Assembly (NCBI GenBank): GCA_973895155.1
Contig: OZ316898.1
Span: 17,288,752 to 17,352,751 of the forward strand
Direction: 5' to 3'
Length of the DNA stretch: 64,000 nt
Source of the DNA: Marsupella aquatica
Taxonomy: Eukaryota; Plantae; Marchantiophyta
The notes under the pieces are model-generated. The model was not told where the DNA came from and made no database searches. It saw nothing but the letters and a program-made list of their open reading frames with translations. A program made the position numbers and the translations under genes. Shown one piece after another: positions 1-13,900 of the stretch (positions within the stretch are counted from its first letter, which is position 1; each line of letters begins with the position of its first letter).

Positions 1-249
1 TGCATGGAACTCCAGAAATTGGCCCCATCCATGCCGAAACGGTTTTAGTGTCTTCAGTTTAGTAAAATTCTTTTTCTTACAAACATGTAGGTTGAAGCCA
101 AAGTTTTGTTTGTGCGGTTTGATCTTGCAATGTAAGGGGTTTACCTTTCAGGTCGTTGTGCAGATTGCTGACAAAGACAAGCTGCAGTGGAGACTCCACC
201 AATAAATTTGGATTCAGACAGCCAATTGAAATTGGTCAGTGCAATTGGT

Positions 250-2750
250 CAGTGCAATGCAACGTCCGTTAGTCGGATCGTTCACTCACCCTGTTCTTCC
301 CCTTGAAACAACCGATCACACTTCGATTCGTAAGATGTTACTGACCTGTTACTGGTCATGGCAGCAATTAAAGTTGACAAGATTTCTTCAAAACGACTAT
401 TCTGACGGCATAGCTTGTGCGGAGATTCAATAATGTTCAAATGTTAGGTAACATTAATCAGTGAAACCCAGTAGTGATCTATCAGTGCCTGATAAACCGA
501 CCTTGTGGCTTTTGCAGACCACCATTTCATTGCCTGGAGGTAGTGAATATCTAACAGAGAAGCCTCTGATTTTGGTCTACCAATGAGCTTGCTCTCACGA
601 CAAGTCTTTGTCTATGATTAGTTAGAGCATTAGATTCAGTTCATTTGTGAATGTGCTGCATACCCTACGAAGATGCAAAGCTATAGATGACAGGAAGCCG
701 GGATACCAGCTATGTCGCCTTTCTTGACTAATTTTTGAAACGGAATCAAGAAAACCCGCGAACTCAAAATACTAGAATCAACGATCCAGCCTCTGCATCA
801 ATCTTTTCGCATTGGTAGGACCACTCCTTGCGGATGCTATGGACTACTTCATCTCCTAGATTCGGTCGTGGTGAATGAAATTTCAAGTTTGGAATGATTG
901 TATCAGAGACGATCGTCCTCTTGGATGCAGAAGGCGGTTCTACGTTGCTCGTCCGACAAAGCTTGACAGGGGATAGGTCAGATATCGTTCTTGTCCAACG
1001 TAAGCTTCTAACTTAGCCCGAGATTCAGGACAGAAGTTGATCCTTCATTCACTAAGCCTAGTAGAATTATAGAATTGTCTTGGGAAAGAGGGGCCTTTCA
1101 ATGGAAACATTAATAACAGTGGGTCATTGCATATAGTTGCAGTACGAAAAATGTTGAAGGTTCACCATATGGGGTCCCGACCATCGATCTTGACTAGAAA
1201 TCTCTCACGGTATCTTCCTGGCTTGCTCGATCTAAAGTCCATGGCCAACAGCTTGCCCTTCCTGGAACTTAGAAATCCTTCAATACATTACGCTTCTCGG
1301 GAAGAATGCAGTTATGCGTTCTGCCTTTCGGCGCGGCCATCCGAAGCTCAGGAGGAATTTGCACTGGCAGGCAGAAATGAGCTTAACCCGGGTTACTAGG
1401 CCCTACGGTAGTTACTCTAGTTCTCTGTCGGTTGATGAGAGGGAGATGATCCTCTGTTATAGTACGAAGCACTCTTCCCATCCTCGGTGGCAAGACTTCA
1501 AGCCGGATCCCATGTGTTGCACCTGGATGGCAAACCTTCGATACTATCCTTGAGTGCATACAGGTTGACAGCAGCTTAACTCTTCACGCTATTAAGACAT
1601 GGAATTGAAGTCGTCCAATTCACAAGGTGGGTCTGCCTACATTGGATGTGGAATGTTGCGTTGGAGGCCAGTTGATTTGTTGTGACATGTCCACTCACAG
1701 CGGTGGGTCTGGCCGGCGTGAACGTCAAACCCTTGCTCTTCTTCAACCAATCGAGAAGTGGAGGGAGAGAAACAGAGAGTATTGCTTATGTAGGCCTAGG
1801 TACTGCTCTACGAGACAACAACCCTCGTGCGAGACATGATGTGAAGGCGGAGCACACAGTTCCAATGCAAAGAGAATTTCTCAAACGAACCTCGAAGAGT
1901 TACATTGACAGATAGGTCTTGAACTTGCTGATATAATCGCATAGGATACTAAACAGCCTCCGCAGTTCAGGAGATTTTTTATTTTCTAAAATGCATTGGT
2001 TGAGTTACCTATCTCCCATCTCGATTACGCAATTGAGGCTCGTTGCATCATGCAGACGAATAGATCTTGAACCAACCACCATTGCAAGGCATGCGAAGCA
2101 GCCTCAACTGCTCGACAGAATTTTGTACGGATACGTGATTGGATGACCAATATTCCATCTCAATTGTCATCGATAACTTGTTTGCAATGGAAAAGGATTT
2201 ACTGCCCCTGGTGTTTACACGAATGTCTGTACAATTATCATAACCCCACGTCAAGAACAAAAGGGGTGTCTTGATTATTCTTACTTTGGCCACACAGTGT
2301 GGTAGTGCTCCTGGCGACGGAATCATACTTACAGGAACCGCTAACACTAGAATTTATGCTCCGACCATTTGGACAAACGTGATAAGCAAGAAGCAATTGC
2401 AACCGTGCTCTCGTATTGTTTTCCAATCACTAAAATGGATAAAACTCGAATAGTGCTCCAATTGAGCATACTAACCTTCAGAATTTACAAATTTGTCCTA
2501 CTTACCAATACACCAGCACCTACATGGACGAAACTTGCTGTCACTGCAATTCGCATCTCGTTTCCTTCTGCTCCAAGGATTTTCGAAAAGAGAAACAACC
2601 ATAGCTGATGAGCATTTAAGCCTCGCACAAAGTTGTTGTACGAACCATCACATTGCCACTGACGACAATATCCTCCCTGTACTCTCCTGAAGCGTTCTTT
2701 CTTTCCTTCTCTGCAATTCGCCAGACTTGAAGGGTACACTAGCTAAGGAA
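250..2750 (+). pseudogene. Highly decayed coding relic, possibly LRR-ROC-COR (TORNADO1-like)
   Basis: Coding-like sequence broken into short frames. Fragments weakly resemble Roco motifs: KLRRNL (~1345), a frameshifted RI-MC-APG-GK (~1505-1540), HGIEV (~1600) and EAIATVLSY (~2395). Identity is tentative. Confidence 0.3.
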
Positions 2751-3039
2751 GACCGGAATGAGGACTGGCTTTGTTGGGTGCTGTTATCTTCGAGGAGAAG
2801 ACTACTTATCATCTATGGAGATAATGAATCTGGATGCCATTTGTTCCAATTACTAGCATGTTATAAGCATCTCATTGGATAAAATGCAACTGTCTCCTGC
2901 CTTCAAGGTTTCTTATCTCAGCCAAATGCCAGCCAGACAGGACTCTGGCGTTGAGATTGTCCATACATGAACGCAAAACAGTTGAAATTGGTGCTGTGAT
3001 TTTCATAGTACTAAAATGTACAGGGGGTAACGCTGTACA

Positions 3040-5145
3040 TCAAGAACAGCATCTTGAAGCCGGTGGTGGTTTCGCCGGAAGGTCAGTAATAACAAGATGC
3101 TTTCTGTGAGGAGTAGCTGAGGCACTTTCTAAATTTTCAGACATTCGTTTTTCCAATAAGCCTGCAATTTCCAAACGAACGAAGCCTTAGACTCAAATTT
3201 GATGTAGCATGTTCTGAGGGGTTTACAAGATGGAACCAAGAAACCAGCTAAAGTGAACGTACTTATTTGAGGAACTTACGTCTGGCAATGTCAAGGAAGG
3301 TTTCTTCAATGCCAGTGTTCATCTTTGCTGATGTCAAGAAGTGGCGAGCTCCTATGGATTCAGCATAGCTGCATTTGAGAAATTAATGACAGCTCTGGGT
3401 TAGAAACAACATGATGTAGAGTGCATTTCAAAAATCAGAATTGCAATTGAGTACGGCCAACTCCTGTCTCAGCCATTAAGTAGTGGCACGCTATCCTTTA
3501 TCAAACCCAACCTCCATAAGTAACTGGAAATGCTCTTCAGATTTCGCAGATTGAATAGACAACCAAAGGACAGAGCAAGCAAGGAGGGAGTATCAAAACC
3601 TTTCAGAATCTTTAAGATCCACCTTCCGAAGTCTATCCATATCACTTTTGTTACCAGCAATTGCCATCACAATGTTCTTGTTTGCCATTTTCCGAAGCTC
3701 CTTAACCCAGCTTTTAACCCTATTGAAGCTGTCCTTGTCCATTATGTCATAAACCAGTAATGCCGCTGCTTTCAAACACAGACAAACCGCTACGAAGTGA
3801 GTGAGGCAACATAGAGCGCTACATTGTCCAATGATACAAATATTGAAAGTGAGTCTGGTAAGCGTGGGAGCAAGGGCTGGAGACGTTCGAAGGTGTCGTC
3901 CCTTCTTTGGATATATTTTCAATATATATCCTTTTAAGATGCACTGAGACAATAAGCAGTTGGTCTTGAGAGTTAGCAAGCACTGATTAAAATCTTGATT
4001 ATGCTGAAAGCCACTAGAATTTACCATCACCTTATATATCACGTTCTATTGGGATTACCAAATTATCTTACCATCAGCATCCCTGTAGTAGATAGGTCCG
4101 AGGGCATGAAAGCGTTCCTGCCCTGCTGTATCCTGTCAGATTTTGAAAACCAATGAGGAAAATAAGGAACATTGTCAACAAATTTGTTGACTGGAAGCTA
4201 GACTTCCTGTCAGCTCTACTCAAAAGGTCATCTGCTCCATTCTTCGTAACATATATGCGAAATGACGGCCTACTGTCCCGGTATATTAGCGTATTACAAA
4301 ACAATGAGAAAAAATTATTGCTGGAACTCACCCACACCGCAAGGGTAACCATCTGATTATCGACGGTAACTCTCTTCGTCAGATATGATGCCTGGATTGT
4401 GGCCATTTGCTTATCAGAAAAAACGTTATTTACAAAGCGTAGCGTCATGGAGGTCTTCCCAACACGCCCTGTGAAACACAAGTAAAGCCCAAGTCAAACT
4501 AAGACGTACACGCGCCTGCGCTGAAATCGCTGAGCCAAACTTAGGTGGGAAAAGCAGGTAGTGTCTCGAGGTCTTGTATGAACGAAACTTTTCTTTTCAT
4601 CCGTGTGAAAATCCACATCCTTCGATCAAGTGTAATTTACAATGCCATGGCAACAAGGAGACTGTGGATCCTCAAAACCAGGGGTTCAGAACCATAGAAA
4701 GCTAGCGGGAATATGGGTTGGGAGTAGAATCTTCGCACAGAAGCTAACCCTAAAATTCAGTGGAGTGATTCCTGACCAGCAACCCTAAGAATTGCAACTT
4801 CCTGACAGCATGCAGATGACTACCTAATATCAGATCACCACATGAGATGTATAACCCCTTATGTTGGTAGTTCTAGAAATCTTTACTCCATATATCGTGA
4901 ATTTCCAAGCTTCGAGATTTTCATGAAAAATCATTGGGGAGAATCCAATTCAAGCCCAGCTTTCGAATGGGAAAGGGTAATCTAATGCAGCCCACAGGTA
5001 TACTCGTAGTTGCCAGAAACGTCTGCTGTGAAATGCACATGTTCCTGCTAGAGCAATTTTTCCGATACGAAATTGAAGGACCTAGGGTAAAGATCATACC
5101 ATCTCCGAGGAGAACCAGCTTGAATGATGGGCTGGCTCTACTCAT
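3040..5145 (-). CDS. RAB21: Rab21 small GTPase, 6 coding exons, 206 aa
   Basis: Exons 5145-5100, 4468-4332, 4132-4072, 3765-3600, 3368-3280 and 3161-3040 join in frame (621 nt) with GT-AG introns. Motifs: GDGRVGKTS, TIQASYL (Rab21-type effector loop), WDTAGQERFHALGPIYYR, GNKSD, TSAK and C-terminal CCS. Confidence 0.93.
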
Positions 5146-7989
5146 CCTGCCCTACGGTATCCACAAATGAAGGTGCCAGTGAAACTGCGTCAGCTTCTCA
5201 TCATCTGCAATACTTCTGAGGCAGGAAAACATATGCCTCGATGATTACAGGCAGTGCTCCAAACACCTGCCAGATTCACGGATTCCTGCTTCTCGTTAAC
5301 AAATCACCACAAAACAGATACCGAAGCATCGTCTCTCAACTGGACAAGATGCAGAGCACGTAGGAGGGTTGCCACAAATAAAACCTAACGTTTAAACGTC
5401 AAGTGAGGATAGAATTGTCACAACAGAAATTCAAGCCAGCATCGAGGGGCAGGGGAAATCCGGAGCTCACTGCACTATGACAATACAAACTACGGGATTG
5501 TGAGGACTCTCAAGTCTATTCTATACCTCTGTCTCTGAGTTCACCCACCACTAATCTGTCTCAAGCCCCACACAGAGAACATGAGAATTAAAGCCTGACA
5601 TGAGCCACTCTCATGCCACCGACAAATTGTCGGTGGCATGAGCAGCATCGACACAATCAAAGGACCAATTGCAGCAAAATGGCATCGTCGAGCATACCAC
5701 GAGAGAGAGCTCCTCCACACTGGTGTGATCGACAGCCGGCAACCCGAGCCCGCAGGGCCCAATGAATCCAGACCCAACCAAAACAAACCAGCCGCAACGA
5801 CGAAGAAGAATCTTGGTAAAGCTAATATCCGGCAATCAACTCCAGACACTTCAATTCCGGCACTTAACCGCTCGTCTTCTCGATAATACCTTCCGATACG
5901 CACGCGTTCACATCCCTTGTCCCTCCCAATTCGAATGAATCAAACTCGAGGCGAATTGGAATTCCTCTGCTCCCTCACATACAGGAAGGTCCAACTTCGC
6001 TTCACAGACAATCAAGCCATCAGTCAGTCTCCGGCCCCCTCCGTTTCGTTTCCCTGTTTCGTTTTCTCAAACCGAAAGTGATGAGCAATCTATGTGTTGC
6101 GCTGCTGTTGGGACAAAAGATGGTCTTCCTTCAAAGCAAAGTAACAATTGGAGCAAGCAAGGTACGCCGAACACAACATCCAGAGCACCAACGGCACAAA
6201 AAAGTCTACAATACACTGTAGATCGTCATCAATCGATCAATTTTCATCATAAAGAAGGACCCAAGTCCAGAATCGACGAGCCTGCATCAATCAATCATTT
6301 GTCGTCATAAAGCAGGACCCAAGTGCAGAATCGCTTAGCCTGCACGCACGCTGTCACGCACAGCACCGAGGCAGAGAATGAACAAGTGGGTCACGAGGTC
6401 AACTGTAGCTCATTAGCTATGGAACTATGAGTTGCTGTCAATATGGAAATATGAGTGGGGTGTCAATAGGCCATAGGCAGCCGTTTATTCTTCTGCAATG
6501 GAATGATTTTTTTATTGAAGGAATAGAAAACCAACAAACATAAAGCAAAGGCCCCAACAAAAACGTGCCTGGATACACATATATATTGTTACCAGCTTGT
6601 TTTTTAGGTGCGAAATCTAGCCAAATTCCTCCCTCCCCCCAAAAAATGTTTGCCACTTTTGGCAAAAACTAGCTAGATTCTATGTGTGTAGTTTGCCATG
6701 TTCACACCAAATCATGGACCCTATTTGCCAGAATCTAATGGTCTTACTTAAATCTAGGGATATCTGAAGGTCCAGAAATAATTAGGAAAAGAGAGATAAC
6801 CAAAATTCCTAGTATCTCCTCCCTTAGAAAGGCCCAAACTGAAAGCAACGGCCCCAAGCCAAGTGTGCCTGGAACCACATTTATTGCTGCCCATTGGGTA
6901 CAGCCATTAATGTTTCCATTGCCCACATAAGGTGTTCACATGGGAATGTATGTCTTTGCATTTCTAGATACTCCAGAAGTTCAGTGTAACTATTATAGTT
7001 GCTGTCAATAGGTAATAGGCAGCCTTTTTCTTCTTGTGCAATGGAATGATTTTTTACTGATAGAAGGAATAGAAAACAAACAAACCTAAAGCAAAGGCCC
7101 CAACCCCAAGGCATAGGATTAAGGGCATAAGGTTCCCATTAGAAGATATAGGGCGACCTTATGTCTACCTGCGTATGCGACAAGATATATGGGAGACCAT
7201 GTAATCATAAATGGTACCTCTTGCATTTGATTGTACTTCTGGGTCCTGTGTTCACTTACGATTGGACCTGACATTTTGCTACGTGCCTCAGCTTTGCCAA
7301 CTGAGAGAGTAAAATGAGAAGTGAAAACTTACAGGTGGAGAAGAGTAAGAGGGCAAAGACCATAATATGTGTACTCATGACCCGAAAAGTGTCTGGATAC
7401 ACATTTATTACAGACCCCCATGAGAGGTCCCTTACAAATTCCCTGCAATGAGGTTTGTCACATCAGCACAACCAGCCACAAATCATATTTCTGACAATAA
7501 CAAAAGCGCACAGTAATGTTTGTGGCAAAAGCAACATAATTTTTGGGGCGCCATGCTGTAAGTATTGACCGTAAAAAAACCAGTGGCAAAAGCAACATAA
7601 TTTTGGGGGCGCCTTGCCCTAAGTATTGAATGAAAAAAAAACCAGTCAGAATACAAAGGAATAGATGTGATTTAGTAAAATAAAGTTATCATTCTAATGT
7701 GGATGGACACTTTTTTTGATTTCCTCAACTCGAGCTTATTCTTGTATTTTTGCAGCTTCTTTGTGAAGAAAACTAATTTCTGCACCGATTCTAAGTGTAG
7801 AATGCAGATTAAGAAGTTGAATCTTCTCCTATTTTATTTTAATTGATAAGGATATTAGAAATGTCTGAAATCTTGGTAGCAGATGGAATACATATAGGAG
7901 ATCACCTTGGAAAAGTTTGAGCTTCATCAGACCAGCCGTTAAGGAGTTATGAATTTTCTAAGGTACCAAAACTTAATTTGTTACTTTTT

Positions 7990-8170
7990 GCCGATGCTTT
8001 TGAAAGCGTCCAACAGTTGCAGGACGCCTCATGAAGCGTCCACCAGTGACGATGACGAAGACCTTGACGCTTTTGAAAGTGTCCGCCGCCCCAACAAAGA
8101 GAAGACACCGACGCTTCATGAAGCGTCCATTCAGATCCCGACGTTTTGCAAAGCGTCCACCTTTTTCTTC
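7990..8170. repeat. Cluster of short palindromic GACGCTT..AAGCGTC repeats (CACTA subterminal-like)
   Basis: gatgcttttgaaagcgtc, gacgcctcatgaagcgtc, gacgcttttgaaagtgtc, gacgcttcatgaagcgtc and gacgttttgcaaagcgtc occur within 180 bp. Confidence 0.55.
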
Positions 8171-10601
8171 CCGACACTAGGAAAATTTTAGGATTAGACT
8201 GCATTTTCATCCAACCGCACTTTTGTCCGATTTCTTCAAAGTACTTCGACCACTCAAAAAAGTTTGAGGTTTTTCCTGCTTGCAGACTGAAGGTAGCACC
8301 TTCCATTGTGTGAAAAACCAGCATTTTGGGTGTTATGGATTAGGAATTAAAAATAGGCAAAGATAGTCAAATATTATTTTCTGTCAGAAAAGTCTAATAA
8401 CACTTAGTCATTTCCGCCCCCAAACTTAGTTTTTGTAGAAACCTACTATTAGAGTAACATTTTATCAAGCCTAGTTAGACTCGAAAGTGTATAACCTTCC
8501 CTACCACCATTATGTTAGGATCCCTAAACCTATAAAGTCTTTTAGTGTCATTTCTTGACCAAGGACCAAAAACATTATTTAGTAATAGAGATTGCTGATT
8601 AATTGTTCCTCCTTCCATTTTAACAAGTCATTGAGAGTCAAGGTCTTGTATGAAAGTAAAACTTTGATTTTGAAGTATGATTAAATTCAAGACTCTTTTG
8701 TAGTGATTGAGTTTAATGATTTGCTTCTGAGATTCACATCGAGTTCACTGCTAGGCTTACTCGTTGTGACAAGATTCGCTAGCCAATTCGAGGATGAATG
8801 TTGTAATTGTGAGAAGCAAAATTCCATTTTCAAGGGAATTAGTACCGTTACCATGCATTGCAATAAACCTTGGAATTTGACTTAGGTTGTGTATCACACT
8901 TAATCGAATCATGTTGACGGCATCATAAGGCTTATCTCTGCATTTGTAACCAGAAAGTTACTTTGGGCTTGGTGAGCAAAAGTCTTACATCCAACATTAT
9001 TATAGGTTGGAGAAAGGATGATTGGAGAGTGGTTGGAAATTATTATTTTATATATAATAAGACCATAATCCTTTCTGAAGGACTGGCAGTATTAAAATGA
9101 TAACTAAATAATCTCAATCTAAGTTTACCTTCATCTATAACTAAGAAATTTTATGTACTGGTGTTTTCATGGATTTGTTTATTTATGTTAAGAGTAAATA
9201 AGAGAAATAGAGAGCAAGAGGATCTAAAGCTCTCAAAAGGATAAAAATATTCAATCCGATCCAATTTTGTTCTTAAAGGGATCGATACCTTGGTCTTTAA
9301 GTGAAAAGAGACACTTTTGGTTCTTTCGTCTATACCACATCTAATGTTCATCAATGATATATCAGTGTTTCACATCAAAATGCTTTTATTTTATAATTTT
9401 TTGCAAGTTAAAAAAACTAATACATATAAATGTACATAGTTAGAATCCCTTTGGCTCCATATATATTGTAAAACTAAATAATCAATCTCTTTAGTACTAA
9501 ATAATGAAATCTCTCAATGTTAGATTCATTGGAAAGCTTAAGATCAAAATTTAGAAACTCGTGATGTCTTTAGTACTCTCTTGATAAAATCTCTTATCTC
9601 TCATGTCACACTCTTTGGAAAGCTAGAGCAAAATTAGAAACTCATCATCTCCTTATATAGTACTTGACAAAATCTATAAATGTTAAGTTCATTGGAAAGT
9701 TAGAAAGATTGAAAACCTCATGATCTCTTTAGTATTGTGACAAAATCTGATATGCAATCTGTCTTGTGGCGGTAATGTTCAACGTAACTCACAAATTAAT
9801 GATCAATTAAGCATGGTAGAAACACGATTGATTCAATGTGTAACCAAAAACCGTCAAAAAACTCAATTCCTCCACATTCAACCTTCCGTTTGATAAACCA
9901 GACAGATCATCTCAACCAGATCAATCTCCTCTATCTTTTGAGCGTTCTCTTTTGTATGAGCACACACCAGACCATCGGGAGACTCAAAACCATTGGTTAC
10001 CACCTTGTTGAAAATTGATTTCACTTCATCGCACACACATTCCTTGGATGAACTCGGGGGTCCAAGGAATAATTGTTGGTCATTGGGTCTAGCCCACACA
10101 TAAAGCAATGGCCCCAAACCAACTGTGCTTGGAACCACATTTCCCGCCACATTTATTGTTGCCCATTGGTCCAGCCATTCAATGCTCCCATTGCTCGTAG
10201 TAGTTTTCACATGAGCATGTATGTCTTCACATTTCCGGATAGTACAGGAGGTCAAGTGTAGCTCATTGGCTTTGGAATAGTGAGTTGTTGTCAATAGGTC
10301 CTACGTAGTCTTAGTTTTTTTGCAATGGAATGAGTTTTTGTTGAAGGAATAGAAAACCAACAAACCTATAGCAAAGGCCCCAAACCAAGTGTGCTTGGAT
10401 TCAATCATTCAATGCTCCCATGTCCATAGAAGGTGAACACAGGAGAGTGTATAGTATGTCTCCACATTCGTGCATGAGATCAAGTGTAGCTCACTGGCCG
10501 TATGGAAATATGAGTTGGTGTCAATAGATCATAGGCAGCCTTTTCTTCTTTTGCAATGCAATTTTTTTTGATGGGATGGAATACAACAAACCTAAAGGAA
10601 A

Positions 10602-10944
10602 TAATGAGCATAGATGACAATCGCAACAGTAAGCACATGACACATCCAACGCGCAAGTAGTCGACACAAGAGATACGTGGTTCACCTCCTTGAGGCTACG
10701 TCCACGGGAACATACAAGATAGCTTTACTGAACTCTAAGCCTGTCAGCTATACCAAGTCTCCACAGTGTAAGCTCTCCTCATCACACAAGTGGCTCCATA
10801 ACAATGAGCCTAAGTTCCACTTATCCAAGCAAACACCGCTTGGCATATAGTGTGCATCCTAGTTAACCTAACCATGTCTCCGACTATGGTTAGTCTAACT
10901 ACGGTTACATGTCGTAACCCTAGACCTTGAGTAAATACCTAACA
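10602..10944. mobile_element. Solo LTR (copia-like LTR family A), 343 bp
   Basis: GGAAA TSD at 10597-10601 and 10945-10949; ends ...CCTAACA; core GATACGTGGTTCACCTC..GAGGCTACGTCCACGG shared with 34489-34824. Confidence 0.9.
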
Positions 10945-13900
10945 GGAAAGGCCCCAAAGTATGCTCTCAAGAGTGTGACCAAAAAGTCATTTATTGTTGT
11001 CCATTGAGTGCAGCCATTTAATGCTGCCCTTTATGACAAATTAGCTCTCCCACATTGAAGGTGAAGGTATGAGGATGTATCACTGTCTTCACCTTTTCTA
11101 ATGCTGTAGGAAATATGAGGTTTTTGTTAATGGGTCATAGGCAGCCTTCTTCATTTTTGAAACTGACTTTTTATTGAGGAATAGGAGACCAAAAACAGAA
11201 AGCAAAAATTTATGGAGAGTGTGCCTGGAGACTCATTATTTTATTGTTGCCCATTGCGTCCAGCCATTCAAACCTGCCTTTTAACACACATTGTTTGTAA
11301 TTGCCTAGAAGATGAAGACATGAGAGTGTATGTCTACACATTTGAATGTTGCAGGAGGTCAACTGTAGCTCATTGGCTCTGGACATATGAGTTGCTGTTA
11401 ATATATAGGTCACAAGCAGCCTTTTGTTTTTGGCAAAGCAATATTTTTTATTGAAGGAATCAAAAAGTACCAACAAACATAAAGCATAGGCCCAAACCAA
11501 GTTCTGGAGAATTGACAAAGTGGAGGTCACTCTCTAAGAGCTTCCCCATTGGTGGACTGGTTTTAACTTGTAGCGGAAACCCCAATCCCAAATTGAGGTT
11601 CATGAAAGTTGTTTGTGCACAAAAATCTTGAAAATTTGCAAATTTGGGGGTCATTCTCTTATCACCTAATGGAAATTGTAAGGCAAGTCAACAATATGTA
11701 AGAGTGGGACTCAAGCAGTGGACATAAATGAGTCTTCGAGGAGCTGATGAATTTCATGGGTCAGGTGCTCCACTGGAGCTCATTGGCTTGGGAAATATGA
11801 GCTGTTTTCAACAGGTCATAAGCAGCCTTCTTTTTTTTTGCAATCTTGAAAAAATATATACTGAAAGAATTAAAAACAGCAAAAACAGCAATTTATATGA
11901 CAGACCCCAAGAAAATAAGACAGATTGCCTTTTTATTGGCGCATATTGTCAAAATTATTCACCTAAATTCCCATAGACCATAATATTTGACAATTTATGC
12001 TTGCATGGACTCTCAAAACTCACCTTCACTCTCCCTAAATGTTATTTTCTAGTCAAAGCTTATGCATTGATGGTTTGCCGGTGTTGAGCCCGAGTACTGT
12101 AAAAATGAGGGCTCAAGTAGGCCTATTGTCACACCCTCCCCAAACATGCATAGTGAGTTCACATAGGCGCATGCAAAAGGTAGGAGTTCATGCTAGCAAA
12201 AGACCTGGGATGGGGGGGGGGGGGGAATGAAAGAGACTGAGCAATTGGGATTTATAGCACTTCCTCGCTGATGTGTGGATATGTTTTGGCAGAGCAGCCA
12301 AACCAATCTTGGCCACCTTGAAATGTGTGTCACTTGGCAGTCTGGATCTATCAACACTAGAAGCAGCCTGAAAAAACTTTGGCAATCCAAGTGGCCCAAT
12401 GGTACCCTCTTTTTGTGAGTTTGGGGGATTGCTGCAAATTTGCAGGACAGTGGCCCAATGCCTTAAATAGGACTAGTTGCTCTCAGATAACCTCTATCCT
12501 TTGTATGAATCCTTGGGCCAAATATGGTGGTCTGTCTTAGAATCAACCTATTCCAATCCATGTTGAAAACTTGTAGAAGAATTGAAACAAGATCGATTAT
12601 AAAACAATTCACCAAAATCCACCCTTGGGCAAGGGCAAGTAGCCAGATTAGTTAGAGCTGAAGGCTCTTCATATAATCAGGAGTATCTTATGGAAGAGAT
12701 CTCCTTTGATAGTTAGCAACTTGCTCCTATGCTCATGAGTCATTTGCCACCTTGCTTTGCTTTAAAAAAGAAGGGAGAATTGGCTGGTCTCAGGTTCCAT
12801 TCATTACACATTTGGGGTAGAGGGCACTATGTGGGTGTTGGTGTGTAATGATACAAAGTTAGTCAGGTTGAATGCTCTGTGTCAGAAGTACATTAACACC
12901 ATTTCACGAGGGTGTTCAGACTTGTAATCAAGAAAGAATACCCAAGGTGACATGATGTTAAAAATTCCACCAATGAGGAAAGTTCTGGAATATTTCCTGA
13001 AATATCCTAATTATGACATTCACTTCACCACACACTGATGTTTTCACCTCAGATGATAACATTTTCACTTCTTGATTGTACTAATAGCCCAAGTCATATT
13101 TCCTCAATATTTTTTGAATCTTTGGTAATTAATCTGTGGACCCCCAAGTTCATCCAAGGAATGTGTGTGTGATGAAGTGAAATCAATTTTCAACAAGGCG
13201 GTAACCAATAGTTTTGAGTCTCCCGGTGATCTGGTGTGTGCTCATACAAAAGAGAACACTCAAAAGATAGAGGAGATTGATCTGGTTGAGATGATATCTC
13301 TCGTTTATCAAACGGAAGGTTGAATATGGAGGAATTAAGTTTTTACACATTGGAGAAATCTTGTTTCTACCAATCTTGATTGATCGTTGTGAGTTACGTT
13401 GAACATTATCACCACAAGACAGACCGAAAGATAACACTCAGTTGTTGGCAAAAGGGCACTTATCGTTTCGGCGAGAAGAACGCACAAAGCGGACGAGCTA
13501 TCACTTCACGTGAAGGTTTTGTAGTTTTTTAAATTTAAGAAAGCTATGGTGTGATGGGGAGATCAACAATTATTTCTTCGACATAGAGATTGTATTTGGC
13601 ATCAACCTGTATTCAGAGTGAGCTTAAGCTTCAATTGAAGCCTAGAGGGGCGTGAACAATTCAAGTCGGGAATCAAGCATTGCGGACAAGCGATGATGAC
13701 GTAATCAAAGAAATAAATTTGTAATGGCAAAGTTTGTGATGGTGACGGGATTATGACATTCTCTGGATTGAGAAAGGGTTTCTAATGAGCCTTAGATTGA
13801 CAAATTTTGTCAAGTTCCAAATAAGTTTTTGAATTTCTCAGTCTTTGCAATGAGTGTGACAATAAGAAATTTTGATCATGAGTTCATGAATTCTTTTAGC

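Larger units (their letters stand above)
6390..11890. repeat. Degenerate ~200-300 bp repeat family, about six copies (near 6395, 6830, 10090, 10410, 11210, 11760)
   Basis: Recurrent block GGAGGTCAACTGTAGCTCATTGGC...GAAGGAATAGAAAACCAACAAACCTAAAGCAAAGGCCCC. Confidence 0.8.

Noticed and set aside
1344-1356. AAGCTCAGGAGG matches the 5' part of miR390
   Set aside because: Only 12 nt match and no hairpin partner was seen.
5541-5903. 120-aa ORF upstream of RAB21
   Set aside because: Non-ATG start and no recognisable motif; most likely 5' UTR sequence.
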